From: an uncultured Spirochaetales bacterium
Lineage (GTDB): Bacteria > Myxococcota_A > UBA9160 > SMWR01
Reading direction: 5' to 3'
Length of the DNA stretch: 64,000 nt
Assembly: GCA_964494795.1 (NCBI GenBank)
Contig: CAZBSV010000181.1
Span: 4,591 to 68,590, forward strand
Shown here piece after piece: positions 37,683 to 47,754 of this stretch (positions are counted from its first letter, which is position 1; each line of letters begins with the position of its first letter). Both the position numbers and the translations under genes were made by a program. Under the pieces are notes generated by a model. The model did no database searches and was not told the origin of the DNA. It was given only the letters and a program-made list of their open reading frames with translations.

Positions 37683-40600
37683 CTACAGCACGCCCGAGAA
37701 GATGAAGTTCGCCCAGATCAGCGGTCGATGGATCCCGAGTCGCGTCTCGCTCTCGAGTTGGGCGAGCTGCGCCGCTCGCAACGCCTCTGCGCCGCGAAGT
37801 GCGTCCGGCTTCGAGTCTTCGGAGACCAGCGCCGCGTAGAAGCTCCGCATCATCCGGCTCGTCGCAGCGTCGTTGCTGCGCCACAGACTCGTGACGAGCG
37901 CCTGGGCGCCCGCGGCGCGGAACCCCCAGCGAAGCCCGAGAATCTCCTGACCCCGGAGCGCCAATCCCGTCCCGGTGTCGCAGGCCGAGAGCACGACGAG
38001 GTCGGCGGCTTCGAGGTCGAGGCCCGCGACCTCGTAGGCGGTCAAGATCCCGCTCTCCGCTTCGGACTCGACCCGTGTCGGCCGATTCGCGCCCGCGAGC
38101 ACGATCCCGGACATGAGCAGCGGATTGGGTGCGATCGGCCGCTCGCGCAGGTTTTCGCCATCAGCGGCCTGCGCGCAACCCGCGTTGCCCGCAAAATAGG
38201 CGTGCGTCGCAAAGTGGAGCAGGCGGGGCCGTGACGCGAGTTCGGCCGCGAGTCGCGGCTTGGTGACCTCGGCGCCGAGCAGCCGGCGCGGCTCCACGAG
38301 CAGCTCCGCGATGTCGTCGAGTTCGCGGCGCGTGGCCGGGAGTTCCTCGAATGCCGAAAGCTGACACGGTCCCGTGTCAGTCAGAATCACGGGGCCGCCG
38401 TTTCCTGCGCCGCCGAAGTCCGGCGCGCCCACGAGCAGCGATCGTTCGAGCGCGCTTGCACGACCCTTCTCGACCGATGCCTCTGCGAGTTCGTAGGCCG
38501 AGGTGAGATACCCGACGGTCACGCGTTCCAACAAATAGCGATTCGGGTCCGCGGGGTCGGGCAACACGCCGATCGGAATGCCCCAGAGCGAACCGTCCGG
38601 AATCACGAGCCAACGCTCGACTCCGGCGAGCGAGGCCATCAGCGGCTCGAGCACGATGCGACTGAGTTCGACTCTCGCGATCGGCTCATCCATCCGCTGG
38701 TCGCGCATCGCGGTCGCGAACTGCTCGGCGAATTGCTGCAGCTCTGCGCCGTTGCCGAGGTCGACCCGGCTCACCCGACATCCGTCAGCCCGAACGATCA
38801 GGGCCGCGTACGCGGGGGCGGTCTCGAAGGCACTGCCGCTGGAAGTCCGGTCATAGGCGATGAAATTGATCAGAGCCGCATCGGCGGGAAGGTTGCGGCA
38901 GGCGTTTTTCAAAACACTCGACGGGTCGTCGGCCGGACGCACGGCGCCTTGGGTGCCCTGCAACACCTCGAGATTCTCGATCGACGCCGCGAGCGATTTC
39001 ACGCGCTCTGCGGTGTCGGGTCCGCGACCGAGCACCGCCGCCACGTAGCGGCGCCGCAACTCGTCGAGTTCCGGCGCAAACTGGGCGTCGCTGCGCGCGA
39101 CGGCCCTTCGCGCGGCGATGCTGCGCAACACGGAATCGCGGTGCGGGAGCAGATCCAGGAACAAGATCTTCGGATCGCTGTCGCGAACGGACAACAGCGC
39201 GCCGATCACCTCGTGACTGTCCTGGGACAAGAGCGCCCGCTGGCGATCCGAAATCGCGCCGAAGGTCCGCTGGGAAAATACCAGGATCGAGCGCGAAGCC
39301 TGGGTCGATTGTTCACTCGCGACGGCGTCGTCCCCCTGCGCGAGCGCGATCTTCGCCCGGGTCGTGCGCGCGCGTGCAACCAGCGGATGCTCCGGGCCGA
39401 GGGATGCCGACAGGACTTCGATCGCGCGATCGATTTCCGACGCGGCCTGGTCGAGTTTTCCGCGTTGGGCGAGCAACTGGGCGATCGCGAGACGCGTCGG
39501 CGCGAGATCGGGATGATTGGATCCGAGCGCGCGTTGCTGCGCGGCGAGCGCCTGCTCGAGCAGCTGCTGCGCGCGATCGCCCTCGCCGAGCTCGAATTCC
39601 ATTCGCGCCTGATTGCGCACCGCCGACGCGACACCCGGGTGATCGTCTCCCAATGCCGCGCGAAGACCCGCAACCGCGGTGGCGTACTGATCGGCCGCAG
39701 CACGATCCTTCGCCGACCCCCAACGAGCGAGTGCGCGATTGGTCTGAACCGTGATGGTGTCGACGCGCTCATCTCCTCCTGGTGTATCTCGCAAGATCTC
39801 GAGCGCCGACGCGAAAGAGCGATCGGCGCTCTCCCAGTCCCCGATATCTGCCTGCAGCACGCCGATCGCGTTCTCGGTTCGCGCGGTCTCGGCGTGCTTG
39901 GGCCCGAGAACCGCACGCCGCAGCCGCAGGGTCTCGCGATACGCGGCGATCGCCGCCGGAAAGTCGCCCGCCAGCCGGTAGGCGTCGCCCTGGAGCTGCA
40001 AGACCGCCGCCGTCGAGGGGTGATCGCCGCCGTAGCTCGCGCGATGACCATCGAGTGCGTTTTCGAGATGGATCAGTGCGTCTCTAGGCGATCCCAACAG
40101 CAAATTGGTGTAGCCCAGAGTCTCCTCGTACTCGGCGCGGTCCGCAGGTCGGCTCACCGCGGACTCGAGGCGATCGAGCTGCACGGCGGCCTTTTCGAGA
40201 TCGCCAGCGTCTGCGTAGAGGCGCGCGTAGTCGATCCGATTCGCGGTGGCGCCGACCTCGGCGGCGAGCTGTTCCGCGATCGCTGCCTCCCGGATCGCCT
40301 CGTCTCGCTTGCCGAGTTGGAGCTGGATCTTCGCGAGCAGGTCGTGAAGCTTCATCCGCTCGGCGGCGCTCTCGGGCGCATCCGCGTGTTCGCTCGCGAG
40401 TAGCGCCGCTTCGAGCGCCTGGCGGTAGAGGGCGCGCTCGTAGAGTTGCAGCCCGACCGAGAGATGTTGCTCGTAGCTGATCTCGGGAAGCCGGTCGCGA
40501 TCGGCTGCAGGTGCGGGCGTGCACGCGCGCAGCGCTTTGAGCGCCCGACCGACCGCGGGATCGGTCGCGCGCTCCGACCCGCCAGCCGACTCGGGCGCCC

Positions 40601-40790
40601 GGGTCGAGCTGCCCACGTACAAGCGCACGAGTTCCGCGGTCTCGTGGTCCGCGCCGTACTCGGATTCCACGGCGGCGAGGAGTTCTCCGAGAACGGCGTT
40701 CGCGTCACCACCCGACGTGCAAAGCTCCGCGGCCCGACGCGTCAGCTCGACCAGATCCGCGGATTCCGCGTCGACGCGGAGCGGGACCAA
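37683..40790 (-). CDS. TPR-repeat CHAT-domain protein (caspase-fold peptidase family)
   Basis: 1035 aa. The N-terminal 650 aa or so are KLC-type TPRs (LGDDHPGVASAVRNQARMEFELGEGDRAQQLLEQAL, LGSNHPDLAPTRLAIAQLL, LGPEHPLVARARTT...). The C-terminal CHAT domain has a His/Cys dyad context LLHFATHAYF ... DLVVLSACDTGTG ... GAQALVTSLW. The start is uncertain (TTG 40790). Confidence 0.85.
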   Translation of the reverse strand: MVPLRVDAESADLVELTRRAAELCTSGGDANAVLGELLAAVESEYGADHETAELVRLYVGSSTRAPESAGGSERATDPAVGRALKALRACTPAPAADRDRLPEISYEQHLSVGLQLYERALYRQALEAALLASEHADAPESAAERMKLHDLLAKIQLQLGKRDEAIREAAIAEQLAAEVGATANRIDYARLYADAGDLEKAAVQLDRLESAVSRPADRAEYEETLGYTNLLLGSPRDALIHLENALDGHRASYGGDHPSTAAVLQLQGDAYRLAGDFPAAIAAYRETLRLRRAVLGPKHAETARTENAIGVLQADIGDWESADRSFASALEILRDTPGGDERVDTITVQTNRALARWGSAKDRAAADQYATAVAGLRAALGDDHPGVASAVRNQARMEFELGEGDRAQQLLEQALAAQQRALGSNHPDLAPTRLAIAQLLAQRGKLDQAASEIDRAIEVLSASLGPEHPLVARARTTRAKIALAQGDDAVASEQSTQASRSILVFSQRTFGAISDRQRALLSQDSHEVIGALLSVRDSDPKILFLDLLPHRDSVLRSIAARRAVARSDAQFAPELDELRRRYVAAVLGRGPDTAERVKSLAASIENLEVLQGTQGAVRPADDPSSVLKNACRNLPADAALINFIAYDRTSSGSAFETAPAYAALIVRADGCRVSRVDLGNGAELQQFAEQFATAMRDQRMDEPIARVELSRIVLEPLMASLAGVERWLVIPDGSLWGIPIGVLPDPADPNRYLLERVTVGYLTSAYELAEASVEKGRASALERSLLVGAPDFGGAGNGGPVILTDTGPCQLSAFEELPATRRELDDIAELLVEPRRLLGAEVTKPRLAAELASRPRLLHFATHAYFAGNAGCAQAADGENLRERPIAPNPLLMSGIVLAGANRPTRVESEAESGILTAYEVAGLDLEAADLVVLSACDTGTGLALRGQEILGLRWGFRAAGAQALVTSLWRSNDAATSRMMRSFYAALVSEDSKPDALRGAEALRAAQLAQLESETRLGIHRPLIWANFIFSGVL

Positions 40791-40834
40791 ACAGAGCGCG
40801 AGGACGATCGGCGCGAGTCGCGGCAGGGACGGGA

Positions 40835-41374
40835 TTACGGCTGCGCTCCCAGGTTGATCAGTTCGACGCGTCGGTTTCGCTGCCGACCCGTCGGGTCGAC
40901 GTTGGTCGCAACCGGAGCCGACTCGCCGCGCCCGACGGTTTCCAGCCGCGCGGAGGGAACACCCGCGCCCACGAGGAAGCGCTCGACCGCTGCGGCCCGT
41001 CGCTGCGACAGCGCGTCGTTGTACTCGGCCGCGCCCGCGCTGTCCGTGTGTCCTTCGACGGAAAACCGGAAGGCGGCGAGCTCCTGCGCGGAAAGCGCGA
41101 CGCCGACGCGTTCGAGCAGCACGACGGAGTCGGACTGGAGCCGATCCGAATCGAATTCGAAGTAGACGGGAAGCCGCAACGTCGGCGGTGCACCGGGCTC
41201 GATTCTCGTGCCGCGCGCCGGAGCCAGCGCCTCGATGATGTCTTCGGTCTGGATCGACAAGGCGTCGGCCGTCGTGAGGTCGGTCACGGCCGGGGCATTT
41301 TCCTGCGAGCGTGCAAGCGTCGAAGAACCAGACAGCGCGATTGCGACCACGAGCCAGACGAAATCGAAGCGCAT
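40835..41374 (-). CDS. small OmpA-C-like (peptidoglycan-binding) periplasmic protein
   Basis: 179 aa. Signal peptide FVWLVVAIALSGSSTLARS, then an OmpA_C core: VYFEFDSDRLQSDS...FSVEGHTDSAGAAEYNDALSQRRAAAVERFLV...GRGESAPV...GRQRNRRVEL. Confidence 0.88.
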   Translation of the reverse strand: MRFDFVWLVVAIALSGSSTLARSQENAPAVTDLTTADALSIQTEDIIEALAPARGTRIEPGAPPTLRLPVYFEFDSDRLQSDSVVLLERVGVALSAQELAAFRFSVEGHTDSAGAAEYNDALSQRRAAAVERFLVGAGVPSARLETVGRGESAPVATNVDPTGRQRNRRVELINLGAQP

Positions 41375-41435
41375 CGGACCTCCTCGCGTCTGCGGCCGAT
41401 CCGATCCCCCCTCGCGGCCGCGCGCGCAGCGTATG

Positions 41436-43460
<2,025 letters not shown>

Positions 43461-43781
43461 GGCGGATGCTCCTGCACGCTCGCGGGGGACTTCGCGGGGC
43501 GTCGAAGGTAGAGCGCGAAGCCTTTGCGGGCGAGTCCGCCGCGAGGGGTTGCGCGAGCGGGGGCGCCTACTCACAATCCCCCTGCGCTTCGAGCCGCGCG
43601 GGAGCCGCGCGGGAATCGCGCAGGAATCGCGTAGAAATCAAGCGGGAGCCGCGCAGGAATCACGCAGAGAGAGCGCCGAAATCGCGCGGGCAGCGCGCGG
43701 CGCCCGCTCGAGCAGCGGCGCGGATCTTCCGACGCGCGCTGCGCGCGGGCCCGAAGGGTGAGGAGGTTGCGCTGGGTTACG

Positions 43782-43882
43782 TGATCGCCGCCTACGCAAT
43801 CACAATCGGATCACTCGGCGCCTACGCGCTGTGGATTCGCGGCCAGCGCCGCAAGTTGATGGATCGCGACAAGCGCGATTGA
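43782..43882 (+). CDS. possible orphan CcmD-like small membrane protein
   Basis: Tail of track ORF 43466..43882: (ALGY)VIAAYAITIGSLGAYALWIRGQRRKLMDRDKRD resembles heme exporter protein D (one TM helix then an Arg-rich tail). GGTGAGGAGG lies upstream. The start is ambiguous (CTG 43773 or GTG 43782). No other ccm genes are nearby. Confidence 0.3.
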
Positions 43883-43960
43883 GCCCCACGCAAGATCAGC
43901 GCCCCCTCGCGATTCAAGACGAGGGGAGCGGCGCGCGCCGCGGCACAGATCGGCAGCCGC

Positions 43961-44107
43961 TTACGGCAGCGATTCCGAGAACAAGCTCGCGTCGTCTTCG
44001 ATGGTTCGGTCGCAACCCGCCAGCAGCGCACCCGCGAGTCCGACTGCGGCCAGCGCGACGACCAGCCGGTTGAAAAACAAAATCAAGTTCGGCGATCTTC
44101 GACGCAC
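43961..44107 (-). CDS. small putative lipoprotein (48 aa)
   Basis: Below the ORF-track size cutoff. My translation: GGGAGG-n6-GTG, VRRRSPNLILFFNRLVVALAAVGLAGALLAGCDRTIEDDASLFSESLP-stop, with lipobox LLAGC. Confidence 0.4.
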   Translation of the reverse strand: MRRRSPNLILFFNRLVVALAAVGLAGALLAGCDRTIEDDASLFSESLP

Positions 44108-44288
44108 AGGACGTCCTCCCATTCGGTCCCCCAGTCTGTATCAATCTTGAACCTAAGATTCCACACCCCAGCGGGCCGGAGCCCGAATCACCTCCGGGCG
44201 CGGGCCGTTCGCCGCGCGGAGCGAGGCTTACGGCAGCGACCAGGCGATCGCGATCAGGACGCATAAGCCCAGCGCGGAAGCAGCGCGT

Positions 44289-44939
44289 TCAGCGATCACT
44301 GGGCCGCTCGGCGTTCGCGCAAATCTCGGACAACGCGCGCGCCGCGCCGCGGGGGTCGGCCGCGCCGGCAATCGCGGAAATCACCGCAACGCCCGCCGCT
44401 CCGGCGGCGATCGCCCGCGCGAGATTGGCGCGATCGATTCCGCCGATCGCGACGACCGGCCGCGGCGCCACGGCGCGCACCACTTCTGCGAGCCGCTGCA
44501 GACCGCGCGGATCGCCGCAAGAGTCCTTCGTCTGTGTCGCGAAAACCGGGCCGAACGCGATGTAGTCGGCCGCTTCCTCGCACGCCGTGATGGCTTGTTC
44601 GAGCGTGTGCGTGGACCTCCCGAGCATCAGCTGCGCGCGCGCGCGCGCCGGAATTCTCGACGGCGGAAAGTCGTCTTGGCCGAGATGCACACCATCGGCT
44701 CCGACGGCGAGCGCGAGATCGAAGCGGTCGTTGACGAAGAAACCGACGTCGAATTTGCGCGTGATCTCGCGAATCGCCTCGGCCCATTCGAGCGCGACCC
44801 GGTCCGTGGCGCGCTTGGCGCGCAGCTGAACGATCGAAGCGCCGCCCTCGCAGGCGGCGCGCGCCTGATCGACCGGATCGATCCTCCAGTCGGAGCCGTC
44901 GTCGGCCAGCACCATCAGGCCGCGGATCGATGCAATCAT
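44289..44939 (-). CDS. thiE: thiamine-phosphate synthase
   Basis: 216 aa: VQLRAK, FFVNDRFDLALAVGADGVHLGQDD, GRSTH, ADYIAFGPVFATQTK, VVAIGGI, GAAGVAVISAI. Confidence 0.92.
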   Translation of the reverse strand: MIASIRGLMVLADDGSDWRIDPVDQARAACEGGASIVQLRAKRATDRVALEWAEAIREITRKFDVGFFVNDRFDLALAVGADGVHLGQDDFPPSRIPARARAQLMLGRSTHTLEQAITACEEAADYIAFGPVFATQTKDSCGDPRGLQRLAEVVRAVAPRPVVAIGGIDRANLARAIAAGAAGVAVISAIAGAADPRGAARALSEICANAERPSDR

Positions 44940-44959
44940 TTTCGGCCCGGTACCGCGAT

Positions 44960-45043
44960 ACCGTCGAGCATGCCGTCGAGCATGCCGTCGAATATGCCGT
45001 CGAATATGCCATCGAGCATTCCGTCGAATATGGCGTCGAGCAT
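44960..45043. repeat. 12-bp tandem repeat, 7 copies (GCCGTCGARYAT), between dus and thiE
   Basis: Direct reading gives units at 44960, 44972, 44984, 44996, 45008, 45020 and 45032, alternating GAGCAT and GAATAT endings. Confidence 0.9.
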
Positions 45044-45065
45044 GCTCTCCAGACGTCGCGCCACG

Positions 45066-46115
45066 TCAGGCCGCCCGCTCCTCGTCGCAGGCTGCGGGGT
45101 CGCGCTGTGCGACGGCGAAATAATTTCGCGTCAGGTCGAGAATCTCGTCGAGATCCTGCAATTCGAGCGTCTGCTGCCGGAATTTCGCACTGCCGTCCAG
45201 GCCGCGCGAATACGCAGCAACGTACTTCTTCAGATTGGTCGACAGGGTCCTCGAGTCGGTGAAGATGCGCTGCATCAAATCAATGTGTTTTTCGATGGTC
45301 GCGAATCGCTCGGCGCGGGTCGGCCGGCGCGCGCGCCCGGCGCGCGCAAGCGACAGCGCCTGCTCGAAGATCCACGGATTTCCCATCGCGCCGCGTCCGA
45401 TCATCACGCCCGCCGCTCCGGTTTGCGCGAGCATCTCGAAGACGTCGCTGGATGTGACGATGTCGCCATTGGCGAGCACCGGCACTTCCGGAACCGCTGC
45501 GACGACGCGGCGAATGATGCTCCGATCCGCGCTGCCGGTGTATTGCTGGGCGCGGGTACGGCCGTGAATCGAAAGCAGCTCGGCGCCTTCATCGACGGCG
45601 ATGCGCGCGAATTCCGGCGCGACGATCGACTCCGCGTCCCAGCCCGTGCGCATCTTGACCGACAGAATTCCCGAGAAGCTCTTTCGCATCGCGCCGACGA
45701 TTCGACCCGCGTGCGGCAGGTCGCACAACAGAGCCGAACCCGCCCGGTTCTTGATGAACTTCTTCACCGGACAACCCACGTTGAGATCCACCCAGACCGC
45801 GCCCTCGGCGTCGAGCATGCGGCAGGCCTCGCCGAGAATCTCGGGCTCCGACCCGAACAGCTGGAACGCGACGGGCGCCTCGCGCGGGCTCGTCTCCAAC
45901 AGCCGGCGGGTCTTCGGGCCGCCCATCACGAGCCCCTTGGCGCTGACGGTCTCGGTGAAACTCAGCGCGGCCCCCGCCTCTCGCGAAATCAGCCGGAAGG
46001 GCAGGTTCGACACGCCGGCCAGCGGCGCGAGCACGAGATTGCTCTCCAGCCGCAGCCCGCGCAGCTGGATCGGATGGATGGCGCTGGGGTCGACGGGCGG
46101 TCCCATCAGGAGCAA
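45066..46115 (-). CDS. tRNA-dihydrouridine synthase
   Basis: 349 aa: LVLAPLAGVSNLPFRLI, VAFQLFGSEP, VDLNVGCPVKK (catalytic Cys), SVKMRTGWD, LSIHGRTRAQ, GDI. Start is TTG 46115 or ATG 46106. Confidence 0.9.
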   Translation of the reverse strand: MLLMGPPVDPSAIHPIQLRGLRLESNLVLAPLAGVSNLPFRLISREAGAALSFTETVSAKGLVMGGPKTRRLLETSPREAPVAFQLFGSEPEILGEACRMLDAEGAVWVDLNVGCPVKKFIKNRAGSALLCDLPHAGRIVGAMRKSFSGILSVKMRTGWDAESIVAPEFARIAVDEGAELLSIHGRTRAQQYTGSADRSIIRRVVAAVPEVPVLANGDIVTSSDVFEMLAQTGAAGVMIGRGAMGNPWIFEQALSLARAGRARRPTRAERFATIEKHIDLMQRIFTDSRTLSTNLKKYVAAYSRGLDGSAKFRQQTLELQDLDEILDLTRNYFAVAQRDPAACDEERAA

Positions 46116-46157
46116 TCCGGGGTCGCAAAGGGGCAGGGCACGCGCTGCGGAGCCATG

Positions 46158-46344
46158 CCTGATCTGCCGTGCCTAAAAACTGGCCGTGCCTAAAAACTGG
46201 CCGTGCCTGAAAACTGGCCGTGCCTGAAAACTGGCCGTGCCTAAAAACTGGCCGTGCCTAAAAACTGGCCGTGCCTAAAAACTGGCCGTGCCTAAAAACT
46301 GGCCGTGCCTGGAAACTGGCCGTAGCTAAAAACTGGCCGTGCCT
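46158..46344. repeat. 17-bp tandem repeat, about 11 copies (AAAAACTGGCCGTGCCT), in the divergent dus / moeA intergenic region
   Basis: Direct reading gives near-perfect copies with occasional G substitutions in the A-tract and one GTAGCT variant. The array is bracketed by TGCCTGAT on both sides. Confidence 0.95.
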
Positions 46345-46429
46345 GATGGCAATGCGCAGCCTAGCCGTCAGCGGGAGCAGCGTCGAGCGCGAAAAAGTCG
46401 GAAATTCAGCCAATTAGCGCGAGCGCCGC

Positions 46430-47713
46430 GTGACTCGGGCTACGTTCCCGGTCGTGCGAACGGGCATCACACCGGCCGAGGCGCTGCAAATCGTCCTCGA
46501 AAATGCGCCGCTGCTCGGCGCGGAGACGGTCGCTGTCGCGGAGGCCCGCGGCCGCGTGCTCGCCGAAGCGGTTGCCTCGAGCCGCCGCCTTCCCCCCTGC
46601 GACAATTCCGCGATGGACGGCTTTGCGGTGCGACGCGAGGATCTGCTCGGGGCGTCCACCCGTCATCCGGTCTCGCTCGATCTGATCGACGATATTCCCG
46701 CCGGCGGAGCGCCCGCGCGCGCGCTCGGGCCGGGACAGGCCGCCCGCGTGATGACCGGCGCTCCGATCCCAGCGGGCAGCGACGCCGTGGTGAGGCAAGA
46801 AGACGCGCAGCGCGACGCGGACCGGGTGGAGATCCGGGTCTCGCCCGCGCCGCGCGCGCACATCCGCGACGCGGGCGAAGACGTCGCGATCGGCGACCAG
46901 GTGCTCGATCGGGGCGCGCTGATCGGACCCGCGGAAATCGGCATGCTCGCCTCGCTCGGCCGCAGCGTCGTCGCCGTCCACCAGCGCCCGCGGGTCGCGA
47001 TCCTTTCTGGCGGCGACGAACTCGTCGAGCCGGACGGCGACACCAGCGGGGGTCGCATCGTATCTTCGAATTCGTATTCGATCGCCGCGCAGTGCCTGGA
47101 AATCGGCGCGGAGCCCGTTTACCTGGGCATCGCGCGCGACACGCCCGACGACATCGAACAGCGGTTGAGGGCGGGCCTGCGCGCGGATGTGCTCGTCAGC
47201 TCTGCGGGCGTTTCCGTCGGAGACCGGGACTTCGTGCGCGGCGTGCTCGAAAAGCTCGGATGTTCGCTGCTCTTCTGGGGGGTGAAGATGAAACCCGGCT
47301 ATCCATTCGCGTTCGGTCGCTTCGAAGCCGGCAATGGGCCGCTCGTGTTCGGACTCCCCGGCAATCCGGTATCCGCGATGATCACCTTCGAGCAATTTGC
47401 GCGGCCCGCGCTGCGCAAGATGGCCGGACGCCGAGCGCTGTTCCGGCCGACGCTGCGCGCCCGGCTCGCGGAAAGGCTCGAAAAAGAGGCCGGCCGACTC
47501 CACTTCGTGCGCGTCGATCTCGAACGAGAAGGCGATGAGATCGTCGCGCGAAGCACCGGCAATCAGAGTTCCGGAATCTTGCGCTCGATGCTGCTCGCGC
47601 GCGGCCTGCTGATCTTTCCCGCCGAAGCCCGCGAACTGCGCGAGGGAGACAGCGCGATCGTGCAGGTCCTCGACGAGGAATTCCTCGCCGCGCCTACGCC
47701 CGGGTTCTGCTGA
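46430..47713 (+). CDS. moeA: molybdopterin molybdenumtransferase
   Basis: 427 aa: [88 protein letters not shown]. Confidence 0.93.
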   Translation: MTRATFPVVRTGITPAEALQIVLENAPLLGAETVAVAEARGRVLAEAVASSRRLPPCDNSAMDGFAVRREDLLGASTRHPVSLDLIDDIPAGGAPARALGPGQAARVMTGAPIPAGSDAVVRQEDAQRDADRVEIRVSPAPRAHIRDAGEDVAIGDQVLDRGALIGPAEIGMLASLGRSVVAVHQRPRVAILSGGDELVEPDGDTSGGRIVSSNSYSIAAQCLEIGAEPVYLGIARDTPDDIEQRLRAGLRADVLVSSAGVSVGDRDFVRGVLEKLGCSLLFWGVKMKPGYPFAFGRFEAGNGPLVFGLPGNPVSAMITFEQFARPALRKMAGRRALFRPTLRARLAERLEKEAGRLHFVRVDLEREGDEIVARSTGNQSSGILRSMLLARGLLIFPAEARELREGDSAIVQVLDEEFLAAPTPGFC

Positions 47714-47754
47714 GCCCGCGCAGGCGCGCAGCGGATTCGAACAGGAGATCTCCG

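Noticed and set aside
38733-40403. 556-aa plus-strand ORF inside the CHAT gene, and similar ORFs at 41284..43065 and 34309..35550
   Set aside because: These are antisense frames of well-supported genes with Arg-rich, low-complexity products.
37683-40790. TPR-CHAT protein as Csx29 of a type III-E CRISPR (Craspase) system
   Set aside because: There is no gRAMP/Cas7-11, Csx30/31 or RpoE-like gene and no CRISPR array nearby. The neighbours are envelope proteins, so the resemblance is only the shared TPR+CHAT architecture.
43914-44264. 116-aa minus-strand ORF between the small lipoprotein and thiE
   Set aside because: There is no RBS and the product is Pro/Arg/Gly-rich. It overlaps the better-supported 48-aa lipoprotein ORF in another frame.
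46158-46344. Possible CRISPR array (also considered for 37450-37630 and 34784-34898)
   Set aside because: The repeats are directly contiguous with no unique spacers. The units (12-23 bp) are shorter than CRISPR repeats, and there are no cas genes in the window.
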